Assembly: GCA_963817895.1 (NCBI GenBank)
Contig: CAWFQB010000002.1
Span: forward strand, 128,001-192,000
Source of the DNA: an uncultured Chthonomonadaceae bacterium
GTDB lineage: Bacteria; Armatimonadota; Chthonomonadetes; Chthonomonadales; Chthonomonadaceae
Length of the DNA stretch: 64,000 nucleotides
Reading direction: 5' to 3'
The notes below the pieces were generated by a model. It was not told where the DNA came from, made no database searches, and saw only the letters and a program-made list of their open reading frames with translations. Shown in pieces: positions 47,193-58,856 of this stretch. A program made the translations under genes and the position numbers. The stretch's first letter is position 1. The number at the start of each line of letters is the position of its first letter.

Positions 47193-50100
47193 AACAACAA
47201 TCTGAAAACAGTACGCCTTCCGCTCCCCATGCTGGCAGGGGACTGAACGCGCTGCACATGATCCATAAGTGGAGCATCGAGCATCCGTATGCCGTGATTG
47301 CCTTCTATGTCGCAATGGTGGGGTTGGCCTGGATGACGGTCAGCCAAACCATGCCGCGCCGGTTCGCGCCCTACGTGGAAAGCCCGATGATCGGCGTCGT
47401 CACGATGATGCCCGGGCTTGTCCGCGCAGGAGATGGAATTGTACGTCAGCAACCCCATCGAGCAGCAGATGGTCAACGTCAAGGGCATTCGCTACGTCCG
47501 CTCCACGTCCCAAAACGGGTTTTCCATCGTTACGCTTGGAATTTCCCTATGGCACGAACATGCAGCGCGCCCTTGTGGACGTGCAATCCCTCCTCAACGT
47601 CACGCAATCGAACCTGCCTGCCACCGGAGCCAACCTCAAGCCGTCCTGGGTCGTGCCGATTGACCCGCTCAACCTCCCGATCCTGACGCTGAGTGTGCGC
47701 GGCGAAGAAAAGCAAGGGTGGGATGCGCTGCGGGTTCGGGAGTTTGCCGACAACACGATCGTCAACCGGCTCAAGGGCGTGGAGAACGTCTACTCCGTCG
47801 TTCCGTTCGGCGGCTATCGGCGGCAGATGCAGGTGATCGTAGACCGGAGCAAACTTGCCGCCTACCGGCTTTCCATTCTGGACGTGAAGAACGCCATTGA
47901 CCGCTTCAACGTCACCCGGCCTGCCGGAACGCTCACGAACGGCGCGCAGGAAGGCATCGTTCGCATAGATACGCGCGCCCGCAGCGCCCAGGACGTGCTG
48001 AACTACCCAATCACCAGTGTTACGACAGGAGCGAGTGCGCCGACCACGAGTCCCGTTGGCGATAGCAGCGGAGGCGGCATGGGCGGGATGGGTGGCGGGG
48101 GAGCGGACACATCTGCTGCGACTGCACCCGTTCGCGCATCGGGGACAGGAGAGACTGCACGTTCGCCGCGTGTCGTCTATGTTCGGGATGTGGCGCGCGT
48201 TGTGGACTCCCACTTCGAGCGGCGCAGCGGCTACCATTATCTCAAGCATGACCCCGGCACAAAGGGCGAAGTGATTCCTTCCATCGAGGTGTCGGTGATT
48301 CAAGACCCCGGCGCGAGTTCCGCGCAGGTCGTGCCTGCGGTGATGAAGGTCGTCAAGCAGTTGGAGGAGGAAAATCCGGGCCTGCACTTTGAGACTTCCT
48401 ACGACAACGCCCACTTCGTCAACATCCTGTTCCACAACGTCTGGGAGGAACTTGCCGTCGCCGTTCTGCTCACCGGCATCGCCGTCCTGTTCTTTCTGGG
48501 CGAATGGCGCGGAACGCTGATCGCAATGGTCACGCTGCCCACGTCTCTGGCTATCGCCGTGCTGCTGATGGTTCCGTTCCACATGACGTTCAACAGCGGC
48601 ACGCTCATCGGCCTGCTGCTCTCGATCGGGCGGCTCGTAGACGACAGCATCATTGACATTCATGCGGTGGAGCGGCACATTCGCATGGGCAAGGACGCCA
48701 AAACCGCGACGATTGACGGCATTGCCGAAGTGCGGGTTGCTGTCATCGCGTCCACGCTGATGATCGTCCTCGCGCTCTCGCCCCTGCTGTTCGCGGGCGG
48801 GCTGACGGAGTTGATGTTCGTGGAGTTGGTGTGGCCCCTGATCTTCGGCCTGCTGGCTTCGATGCTCGTCTCGTTTACCCTCACAGCCCTGCTTTGCGCC
48901 AATCTGCTGCGCCCTGAAAGCGCGCGCGAGGCTGACCGCCGCCATTGGCTACTGCGCTGGCTGTACGTGCTGCTCGACCCATTTCAGACGATGGCTTGAC
49001 CGGCTGGAAAACGGCTACGGGCGCATCATCCGCTGGATGCTCAAACATCGCTTCGCCAACCTTGCCCGCGTTCTTGGCACGCTTATCATCGGCCTGACGT
49101 TTTACTACTTCATCGGCAGTGAAATGATGCCTCTGGCGGATGTGGGGCAGGCGAGCGGCGTTCTGGAAATGGCTCCGGGAACTTCGTATGCCGAAACCGA
49201 GCGCGCCGTGGGGCAGTTGGAGCGGATCATGGCCCGCTATCCCGGAATTGGAAAAAGCCAGCGTGGAGATCGGGGCCGAATCCATGTTCGAGAGTTACAG
49301 CCCCTACTACACCGGCTACCAGATGCCGCAGGTGAACGGCGCGTCCCTGATGCTGACCTTTTCCGACAAGGACACGCGCAAGCGCACGATCTTCCAGATC
49401 ATGGACACTGTCCAGAAGGAAGCACTGCACACCATTCCTGGCATTCGACGCTTGCAGATCAAGGAGATGGGCAGCGACGTGATGGCGACTTCGGCGGCTC
49501 CCGTGCATCTCAACATCTACGGCCCGGACTTGAACGAACTCGACCGCTTGGGGCAGGAGACATTGGCTGTTGCCCGCCAGATGCCGGAGATGTATCAGCC
49601 CGCCACGACCTGGACAGTGGGCCTGCCGGACTTCCAGATCAAGGTTGATCCACAGCGGGCGCAGGAAGTGGGATTGACGCCGGAAAGCATCTCGCAGCAA
49701 GCGTACTATGCCATTGGCGGCGGCCTGACCAACGAGTTCTTCCGTCTGCCCAATCTGCGCCAGAACACCATTCAGGTGCGCTATGAGGAGAAAGACCGGG
49801 CTACGGCGCAGAACCTCGAAAACCTGTATCTTGTCCACACCGGACGGACGACAGATACCGCTGAAATCGGTGGCGAGCATCCAACACCAGAATGCTCCAA
49901 CCGTGATTGAACACGACATGCTCCGGCGCGTCATCGGCATCACAGGCTACTACCGCTCCAACAACCTGCCCTCGATGGACGTGGTGATGAACTTGGTCAC
50001 CAACACGTATGCAGGCAATCCGAAGTTGGGTATTCAGGCCTGTCAACTTCCCTCCCGGCTATGGCATGGTGGCGCGTGGCGACATGCTGGAAATGATGTC

Positions 50101-50725
50101 CGCGTTCCGGCGCATGATGTCGGGGTTGGCGCTCGCGCTCGTGCTGATGTACCTGGTGCTGGTGGTGCAGTTTCGGGGCTTCTTGCAGCCCTTACAGATG
50201 ATTGCCAGTCCTGCCGCTGGAACTGGCGGGCGTGTTCACGGCTCTGTGGCTGGCGCATCAGTCGTTTTCCACTGTATCGCTGCTTGGGCATCATCGTCCT
50301 GACGGGCATGGACATAACGACCGCCGTGCTGCTCATTGACATGGTGATGAAGTACCGGGATCGAGGCGTACCGCGCGATGAAGCCATCGCACAGGCATGT
50401 CCAGAACGACTGCGGCCTATCCTGATGACCGCTGGCATCACCCTCCTGACCATGCTGCCCGTCGCCCTTGCGTCCGAAGACCGGCCTGGATGCCTACCAG
50501 CCGCTTGCCACAGCGGTCGTCGGCGGCCTGATTGTCGGCACGATCCTCAGTCTGTTCGACATCCCGATCACGCATACGCTGGTAGACGATCTGACGCGCT
50601 GGCTCAACAAGACTTTCTTGAACCGGGAGTACCATTGGCCTGTGACAGAAGCGCCGGAGATATTGGAGGGTTCATCGCCGAGCAAAGAAGATGTAGTTCA
50701 ACCGCATCGCGTACCCGAAGGATAA
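47189..50725 (+). CDS. RND efflux inner-membrane permease (AcrB/CusA superfamily), multiple frameshifts
   Basis: PG.SAQEMELYVSNPIEQ, IGRLVDDSI, RLRPILMT, QPLATAVVGGL across about seven fragments. Confidence 0.88.
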
Positions 50726-50745
50726 AATCAACGGTAGCCAATCAT

Positions 50746-50781
50746 CCAGATGACGGGCAAGATTTTCTGCCCGTCATCTGA
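50746..50781. terminator. Hairpin after the RND operon
   Basis: cagatgacgggca ... tgcccgtcatctg. Confidence 0.55.
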
Positions 50782-50959
50782 TTCTGGACAACACATGGAA
50801 CATAGAAAGTGAGGACGAACAACACAATCAAAGTATCAAGAAGGAACACACAGTAATAAGATAATTCACTTTCTTTTGGGTGTCAATTCCGAGCATCACG
50901 TTGTGGGATGCAGCCATGCTTTCGCAGTACGCGACTCCAAGCGCATTGCGTGAGAAACA

Positions 50960-53165
50960 CTACGCGGCAAGTAAACTACTCTCCGAACGTCGCAGCATAA
51001 CAGCATTAACAGCGACGATGATAGAGGACGCTGACATCAGAAGCGCGGAGACTTCCGGGCGGAGTGACCAACCCAGCCAGTTATAGAACGCTCCCGCCGC
51101 GACAGGGATTGCCAGTACGTTGTAGACGCTGGCCCATACAAGGTTCTGCTTCATCTTTCTTACGGTGGCCTTCGACAAGATGATGGCATTCAGGATGTCG
51201 AGCGGATCGGACTGCATCAGCACGATCTTTGCCGCTTCGGTCGCCACATCCGTCCCGGCTCCAATGGCGATTCCAATATCAGCCTGCGCCAGCGCCGGTG
51301 CGTCGTTCACGCCGTCGCCGACCATTGCCACGAATTTGCCTTCGGCCTGCAATTTCTTCACGTAGTCGGCTTTGTTCTCCGGCAGCACTTCCGCAAACAC
51401 GCGATCAATGCCGACTTCTTTGGCAACGGCTTCCGCCACAGTCTTGTTGTCCCCACTGACCATTGCAGTTTCAATGCCCAGTTTCTTCAACTCAGTAATC
51501 GCGCGTTTGGCGGACGGCTTGATAGGGTCGGCAACGCCAACAACGGCTGCGGCTTTTCCGTCTACGGCAAGAAGAATCACCGTGCGCCCTGCGGCAAGGA
51601 GGCGATCCAAATGCGTCTGAATAGGCGCGAGGACTACACCTTCGTTGGCAAAGAGCCGGGCATTGCCGACCAACACGCGCCGCCCGTCCACGGTGGCTTT
51701 CAGCCCGTGTCCGACGACGTTTTGGAAATCTGTGACATGCTCCGGTAGCGTCAGGTTGCGGTGCTTGGCTTCATTGAGTATCGCTGCCGCCAGTGGGTGA
51801 CTGGAATTGCGTTCCGCCGCCCCAAGCAGACCGGAGCGCGTCGTCTTCGGAGAAGCCCTCCGCAACGGCAACATCCGTAACGCGCGGCTTGCCTTCGGTG
51901 AGCGTTCCTGTTTTGTCCAGAACGACAGCCGTGATCCGGGACGCGCCTTCGAGCGTTGCTGCGTCTTTGATAAGGATGTGATGCTTCGCGCCCAGTCCCG
52001 TACCCACCGCGACAGCAGTAGGGGTGGCAAGGCCCAGCGCGTCCGGGCAGGCGATTACCACGGCTGAGATGGAGAAGGTAAGTGCCGTCAGGAAGGAGGC
52101 TCCCGCGCCCCACCGCCAGGCTACGAACGTGATGATGCCCGCCCCGACCGCCAACACGACCAAATAGGCTGCGGCTTTGTCTGCGAGACGCTGCCCCGGA
52201 GCCTTCGAGTTCTGCGCCGTTTCGACTAACTTGGCAATTCGGCTGAGGGTCGCGTCCTCGCCCACTGCCGTAGCCTTGTAGGTGACTGCACCTGCGCCGT
52301 TGACGGAGCCGCCAATGAGTTTGTCCCCCGGCTTCTTCTCCACCGGCACGCTTTCGCCGGTGACAAGGGCTTCGTCCACCGCCGTCTCTCCCTCTGTCAC
52401 TTCGCCATCTACGGGAACACGGTCGCCGGGGCGCAGCACGAGGAGATCGCCCTGAACCACTTCCGACGTGGGTATCTCGATCTCCTTGCCGTCCCGATGA
52501 ACGCGGGCTTTCGCAGGCACCAGATCAAAGAGGGCGCGCAGAGCATTGGACGTGCCGCGTCGGGACTTCATTTCCATCCAGTGCCCGAACAGCACGAAGG
52601 TAACGAGCATGGCAGCGGCTTCATAGAACAGGTCCTTGGAGCCAATGACGGTCAGATAAAAGGAAGCAAGATAGGCCGCCAGCACCCCAACGGCGATCAG
52701 CACTGCCATGTCCAGTTTGCGAGAGCGGAGCGCTTGATAGGCTCCGAAAATGAACATCCAGCCGCACCAGAACACCACCGGAGTCGTTAAAGCGAACAGC
52801 GTCCAGGAGCGCGCCTGAAGACGGAATGCCGAAGATGGATACCAAACATGGCTGCCATTGGGGAAAGAAGGACAATCGCAATGGACAACACCAATGCGAC
52901 CCAGAAGCGATTGCGGATGTCGGCTTCCATACTCGCCGCCATCGCCGGGTCGCTCATGTCGTGCGCCATGCCGCCCGGATTGGTGTGCGCCGTGTACTTC
53001 GCCCCGGTTCATTTCCTCGGTGTTCATGGACATGCCATGATGCTCGTTACGGGCCGGGGCGGTATCATCCCGCATACCAGAAATGTGGCTGGAGCCTTCC
53101 ACGGCAGCAGCCTCCGATTTAGGTTCGGCGATTTCGTGAGTAGATTGATGCTGATGCGGAAGCAT
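50960..53165 (-). CDS. P1B-type copper-translocating ATPase with His/Met-rich N-terminus and CPD motif, frameshifted
   Basis: TGES, ACPDALGLATP, DKTGT, SHP, GDGVND, YN and MSASS motifs. Confidence 0.9.
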
Positions 53166-53212
53166 GGCATTGCCCTTCAACGGAAATATGCGAATATAGG
53201 ATAGTCTCATAT

Positions 53213-53229
53213 TTCTATTGCTAATAGAA
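53213..53229. promoter_or_regulatory. Candidate operator TTCTAT-N5-ATAGAA
   Basis: Palindrome upstream of the CPD ATPase; related sites at 56831-56847 and 62732-62748. Confidence 0.55.
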
Positions 53230-53333
53230 TTTCAGAGCGTGAACCTGATAGTAGGAATAAGTTTTGGAGTGGTGCGACGGCCTAATGCTTAGGGGAAGTT
53301 TGCCCTCAAGCATTGCCCGAAAAGCGCGTCGCT

Positions 53334-53543
53334 TTATTGGGTGGGATAACCTGCTTTTTCCAGCCGAGCGCGAATGGCATTATCGTTCAGTTGCGCGTCA
53401 TCATATTCCACGCTCACGTTTTTGCTAGGAACATCCACTTCCACCGTCTGTACACCAGGTAAAGCGCCTAAAGAGCGTTTAATTGCGTTCGCGCAACCTC
53501 CGCAACTGATGTCCGGGGCGTGAGCCTGTAATGTATGGGTCAT
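53334..53543 (-). CDS. copZ: Copper chaperone (HMA domain)
   Basis: DISCGGCANAI..GV..V.VD..LEKAGY, 69 aa. Confidence 0.88.
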   Translation of the reverse strand: MTHTLQAHAPDISCGGCANAIKRSLGALPGVQTVEVDVPSKNVSVEYDDAQLNDNAIRARLEKAGYPTQ

Positions 53544-53643
53544 TTCTATGTATCCTTTCTCTTGCGTATCGCCTGTACTGTGAAAGGGGCAGGCATCTTT
53601 TATGTGCACGACAATGTAAGCCGCGCCGCTTACATGCGCTTCA

Positions 53644-56434
53644 TTATGCTGCTCGCTCAACCTTGTGGACATCAACCTGTCCCATTGTTGCGCGATTGTC
53701 AACAATGGGCTGAACGTTTCTCGAACCGACAGGCGCAAACCCACGCAGGCGCAGGGCGTTGGTTACGACCGAAACGCTGCTCATTGCCATCGCCGCTGAC
53801 GCGATCATCGGTGACAGCAGCCAACCCGTGAGCGGGAACAGAATACCCGCCGCAATCGGAATGCCCAGCGTGTTATAGCCGAAAGCAAAGGCAAGGTTCT
53901 GGCGGATGTTCCGCATCGTCGCCCGCGAGAGTTCGATAGCGTCCGCCACGCCATTGAGGTCGCCACGCATCAGCACTACGTCCGCGGCTTCAATGGCTAC
54001 ATCCGTTCCCGTTCCGATAGCCATGCCGATGTCAGCCTGCGCCAGCGCAGGGGCATCATTGATGCCGTCGCCCACCATTGCTACGACCTGTCCCTCGCCT
54101 TGCAACCGCTTGATCTCCTCCGCCTTGTGTTCGGGCATTACTTCCGGCAGAATGCGATCTATGCCGACCTGTCGAGCTACGGCTTCCGCTGTGCGGCGGT
54201 TGTCGCCCGTAAGCATCACCACCGTTACACCCATCGCTTTCAGGCGCGCAATGGCAGCAGGTGTCGTTGCCTTGATCGGGTCGGCGACAGCGAGTACGCC
54301 TGCAACTTTTCCATTGAGAGCCACAAGCATCGGAGTTTTGCCTTCCCCCGACAGTCTCGCCATTTCCCGCTCGAATGAAGCAGCATCTATGTCGCGCTCA
54401 CGCAACAGCGCGATATTGCCGAGCAGTACGTCGTGACCGCCCACATGGGCCTCCACACCGCGTCCGGCAAGCGCCTGGAATTGTGTAGTCGCCACCAGAT
54501 TTATGTTACGGGCCTGCGCTCCCGCGACAATGGCACTTGCCAGTGGGTGTTCACTGCCGCGCTCGACCGAGGCCGCCAATCGCAGCAGTTCGGTTTCCAG
54601 CACTCCCGGCGCGGTAATCACATCGGTGAGAGCGGGCTTACCTTCAGTGATGGTGCCGGTCTTGTCCAGCACGACGGTGTTCACGCCATGCACGGTTTCC
54701 AGAGCCTCAGCGTCCTTTATCAATACGCCTAATTGCGCGCCTCTGCCAGTTCCTACCATGATCGCCGTTGGCGTTGCTAATCCCAACGCGCACGGACAGG
54801 CGATAATCAGCACGGCGACGAAGGCGAGCAGCGCGTGCAGGAACTTCGGCTCCGGCCCCAGTATGTACCAGCCGACAAAGGTAGCGACCGCGAGCATCAG
54901 GACAACGGGAACGAAGTAGCCGGTGATGACATCGGCGAGCCGCTGGATTGGCGCGCGGCTGCCCTGCGCCTGCTCGACAAGCCGAACGATCTGCGCCAGG
55001 GCGGTGTCGCTGCCAACTCGTTTCGCTTCCATCGTGAACGCGCCGCGCTGATTGAGCGTTGCGCCTGTGACGTTCGCGCCTTCGCTCTTTTCGACGGGCA
55101 GGCTCTCGCCCGTCAGCATACTCTCGTCCACCCAGGAATGCCCGGACACCACCACGCCATCTACGGGTACTTTTTCGCCGGGACGCACCAGGAGGCGGTC
55201 GCCTACATGCACATCGCCAAGAGGCACGTCCACTTCCTGTCCCTCTCGCAAAACACGCGCCGTCTTCGGCTGCAAGCCAATCAGTTTTTCGATGGCGCTT
55301 CCCGTGCTGCGTTTGGCCCGCGCTTCCAGCAAGCGGCCCATGAGGATCAGCGTCACGATCACGGCTGCTGTCTCGAAGTACACTCCTCCATTCACGACCG
55401 CGCGCCGCAAAGAAGCCGGGCGCGACTGTGACCGCAAGGGAGTAGGAGTAGGCAGCAAACGTACCGACAACAATCAGCGTGTTCATGTCACTGGCGCGTT
55501 GCTTGAGAGCGGCCCACGCGCCCCGGAAGAAACCACTCCCGGCCCAGAACAGAACAGGAGTTGTCAAAATCAGTTGCGCCCAGTTCCACCACGGCTGCAT
55601 CGTCCAGCGCATGGGGATCAGCCCAAAGTGTGGCCCCATTCCCATCACCAGCACGGGGAGGGCAAGCGCCAGCGAAATCACAAAACGGCGCATGATTTCC
55701 TGCGCTTCGGTAGGTCTATCAGTCGGCTGTGACGGGGCGCTTCCCGAAGTCTGCCCAAAATGATCCAGTTGTGCCATGCTTGCGTTGTAGCCGGAGTCAT
55801 GCACGGCGGCAATCAAATCTTCCGGTTTCGCATGGTTTGCATCGAACTTGACGGCGGCGCGCTCCGCCAGCAGGTTTACCGTTGCGTCCTGCACACCCGG
55901 CACATTTTTAATCGCCTTTTCAACCCGACCTACGCACGACGCGCAGTGCATCCCCGTAATCGTCAGGTCGCAGCGTTCCATTGCCGGTTGTGTCTCATCA
56001 GCGCGAATGAGAGCAGCGGGCGTATCCATCTTGTCGTTGTTTACAGCGGAGGGCTGCGTTGCCGGGGTGACGATCAGTTGGCCCCGGTACATGTTCATGC
56101 CACAGGCGAACGCATACGTGCCCGGCTTGTCCGGCGTGAACTCTACGATTGTAGTTTGGAAAGCGGGCAGTTCTCGGTTGATCTGGAAGTCGGGGAAGAC
56201 CACACGCTCCGAGCAGCCGGTCGTCTCCTGCCGATCAAACTTCAAGCGCACCGGAATCCCGGCCTGTACCTGAATATGATCCGGCTGATAGGTGCCTTCC
56301 ACTCGAACAGTGATTTCCTGAATTCCGGCCTTTGTCTTGGCGCGCTTTCCTTCTTTCGGCCCGAAGAAAAACCAGGCCAGGAACGCGATTACGCCCGTGC
56401 CGCTTATCAAAACAGCCAATGTATCTGCGGTCAT
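53644..56434 (-). CDS. copA: Cu(I)-exporting P1B-1 ATPase with fused cupredoxin (CupA-like) and HMA domains; one frameshift near 55400
   Basis: TGCS..FACGMNM cupredoxin; [46 protein letters not shown]. Confidence 0.92.
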
Positions 56435-56470
56435 CTCTCACCTTGCTCTTTCACACAGTCCAGCAGGGAA

Positions 56471-56752
56471 CTACTTTGCAAACTTGTAGATCAAGTCCAT
56501 CATCTCCTGATAGGTTTTTTCGGCTTTATCCTCGTCGCCATCCCGCAACGCATCGGTTACGCAGTGCTGCAAGTGGTTGCGCATCAGGATTTTGCCCACG
56601 CTCCGCAGGGCTTCATGGACGGCAGAAACCTGGTTCATTACGTCCACGCAATAGGTATCCTCCTCTACCATCCGCTTGATGCCTTTCACCTGCCCCTCAA
56701 TGCGGTTCAGGCGGCGTAGCACATCCTCTTTCGGCTCGTTTTGAATTGCCAT
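56471..56752 (-). CDS. csoR: Copper-sensing repressor, CsoR family
   Basis: RLNRIEGQVKGIKRMVEEDTYCVD..HLQHCV. Confidence 0.92.
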   Translation of the reverse strand: MAIQNEPKEDVLRRLNRIEGQVKGIKRMVEEDTYCVDVMNQVSAVHEALRSVGKILMRNHLQHCVTDALRDGDEDKAEKTYQEMMDLIYKFAK

Positions 56753-56766
56753 ATTCCCTCCGGCGC

Positions 56767-56787
56767 ATATACCCCCGGAGGGTATAT
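56767..56787. promoter_or_regulatory. CsoR operator
   Basis: atataccc ccgga gggtatat: TACC..GGTA palindrome with C/G tracts, immediately upstream of csoR. Confidence 0.8.
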
Positions 56788-56830
56788 ACCAACTTAATAG
56801 ACGCATGGCAGTAGGGTGAAGTTCCCATAT

Positions 56831-56847
56831 TTCTATTGCCAGTCGAA
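56831..56847. promoter_or_regulatory. Candidate operator TTCTAT-N5-GTCGAA
   Basis: Shares catatttctattgc (14 bp) with the site at 53208-53221. Confidence 0.45.
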
Positions 56848-56987
56848 CTACTTTCTAATCTTGTTCTATTTTGTTTGTATGCCTCTGTGGAAAGCGGCAT
56901 GTAAGCCCCATCAAGGAAAAAGGATAAGGATTAAGGAATGGCTTGTCACCGAAGCGTCTTGTAGCCCGCCTTCTTAATGTACTGTAC

Positions 56988-57031
56988 ACAAGGACGCCGG
57001 GGTGGGAAATTTCCCACCCCGGCGTCCTTGT
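56988..57031 (-). terminator. Hairpin ending the multicopper oxidase operon
   Basis: acaaggacgccggggtgggaaa / tttcccaccccggcgtccttgt perfect inverted repeat. Confidence 0.7.
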
Positions 57032-57052
57032 TCATTCCGTGCTAAACTGTCC

Positions 57053-57349
57053 CTACATCTTCTCGTACTTGCCCATTTTCGCGTTCTTCACGTATTTGGC
57101 AGGGGCTTTGTCGAATTTCGGCTTGCACATGGGGCAGCAGAAGTAGTACGTCTTGCCCTTGTACGCGCTGTGGCCCACGGCGGCCTTCACAGACGCGATC
57201 TTTTCACCTGTGACAGGACAAATCAACGCGGCCTTTGTCGCCTTTGTGTTCGTTTTGGCGGGTTTAGGAGTTTTGTCCTGGTACGGGTTGGCAAACGCCG
57301 CGCCCGCGATTACGGTCAATGCGGACATTGTGAGAATCCAGTGTTTCAT
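57053..57349 (-). CDS. Exported YHS domain protein
   Basis: CPVTGEKI..YKGKTYYFCCPMCKPKFDKAPAKY. Confidence 0.88.
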   Translation of the reverse strand: MKHWILTMSALTVIAGAAFANPYQDKTPKPAKTNTKATKAALICPVTGEKIASVKAAVGHSAYKGKTYYFCCPMCKPKFDKAPAKYVKNAKMGKYEKM

Positions 57350-57490
57350 ATTTCATCCTTTCGAGACGTTTTCGCCTCTTACTGTCAATAGAACGGCTTA
57401 TGCAGTTCGTCGTGACATTGTTTTCCCATCGTGTACGGCGCGAATGGAATCGATTTCCACCCGCGCCGCAGGTTCACAATGTTTGTGCAA

Positions 57491-58819
57491 TCACTTCGGC
57501 ACGTTGAAGTCGAGCGCTTTGGTGAACGGCTTCTGCTTGGGCGGCGTGACGGTGATGGTGACGCGCCACGGGCCTTTCATGCTGAACGTGACTTCGGACA
57601 GGTAATGACCGGACTTGTCTTCTTTCGTCTTCGGGCGCGTCACGCCCATGTCCATGCTGGTCATTTCCACGGCAGCCGTCACCTTCGCGCCGGTCACCGG
57701 CTTTCCGGCAGGATCAAGCACCGTCACGTCCAGCATGTTCTTGCCGACCTTGAGGGACTTGACGGGAGTGTTGACCATGACTTGATAGCCAGGCGTTTGC
57801 GTGGGAGCCGTTTTGTCTCCTGCGGGCTTTGCCGTATCAGTCGCCTTTGGGGTTTCCGTCCCTTTTGCAGCCGACTTGTCATCTGTCGCAGCCGTTTTTG
57901 CAGGGGCCTTGTCGTCCACCGCCGTTTTCACGGGTGTAGGTAAGGTCGCTGTAGGTGCTGGCACATCCGGTTTTTGCGGAGCGTTGTCGGGCTTCGGGTT
58001 GTTCTGTGCTGTCATATCCGGCATCTTTTCACCGGGTGCGGTGGAAGGGGCACCCTTCTTATCCGGCATCGCCATGCCCGCCATTCCAGAACGGGAAGTA
58101 TCCTGTGCAGTCGGCATCTTCCACTTGGTTTTGCCGTCTACGCTGAAGTCAAGCGTGGATTGAACGGCGTTCTTCTTGTCCGCCTTGCCGTCATTCATCA
58201 ATGTGACTCGCCACGGCCCCTTCATGCTAAAATTGACGGGGACAGAGTAATGACCGTCCTTGCCTTCCACAGCCTTCGGGCGTTCAGTTCCCATATCCAT
58301 GCTGGTCATAGCGACCGTCGCCATGAGTTTCAAGCCCGGCACAGGTTTGCCGCCCGCATCAGTCACAAGGACATCCAGCATGTTGTCGCCAACGGCGGGT
58401 GGGTTCTGTGCCAGAGTAACGGTGATGGGTAAGCCCTGATTCTGCCCCATCGCCATGCCCTTGATATTCTTCATGCCCTTCATGTTCTTGGCATCCATCT
58501 TCATGCCGGGCCGCATGGGGGCCATCTTCATGTGTTCCATGCCGGAACCGCCCACCATCATCAGGGTCATCATCTCCGCCATATCGGAGTCTTTGCCGAA
58601 ACCGAGCATATCGTCCCAGTTTTCATCACCTTTGACGGTCACGATGCCTGCCTCTTTGATGCGCGACATTTCCTGCATCGCGCCTTTGTAGACACGATCC
58701 TTCTTGGTAGCGGCTCCGCCCGCGACCTCCTGCGCGCCCGCGAAGGCGACGAGCAGGGTCATGCCAAGCGCCACTGCTGTCGCGCTCCGTATGGTTCTGT
58801 GTTTGTTTCGCGTATTCAT
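57491..58819 (-). CDS. Met-rich exported protein with two YtkA/FixH-like domains
   Basis: Signal peptide; Met-rich segment; two copies of G.N.LDV..D..GKPV..MTSMDMG..GHY..FSMKGPWRV. Confidence 0.8.
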   Translation of the reverse strand: MNTRNKHRTIRSATAVALGMTLLVAFAGAQEVAGGAATKKDRVYKGAMQEMSRIKEAGIVTVKGDENWDDMLGFGKDSDMAEMMTLMMVGGSGMEHMKMAPMRPGMKMDAKNMKGMKNIKGMAMGQNQGLPITVTLAQNPPAVGDNMLDVLVTDAGGKPVPGLKLMATVAMTSMDMGTERPKAVEGKDGHYSVPVNFSMKGPWRVTLMNDGKADKKNAVQSTLDFSVDGKTKWKMPTAQDTSRSGMAGMAMPDKKGAPSTAPGEKMPDMTAQNNPKPDNAPQKPDVPAPTATLPTPVKTAVDDKAPAKTAATDDKSAAKGTETPKATDTAKPAGDKTAPTQTPGYQVMVNTPVKSLKVGKNMLDVTVLDPAGKPVTGAKVTAAVEMTSMDMGVTRPKTKEDKSGHYLSEVTFSMKGPWRVTITVTPPKQKPFTKALDFNVPK

Positions 58820-58856
58820 GGTTCTCTCGCTTTCACGCCATACCGGTTTAGTCAGA

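Noticed and set aside
47530..48945. Long antisense ORFs, here and at 17298-18263, 37337-38353 and 55760-56719
   Set aside because: Shadow frames opposite well-supported genes in GC-rich DNA, with no motifs.
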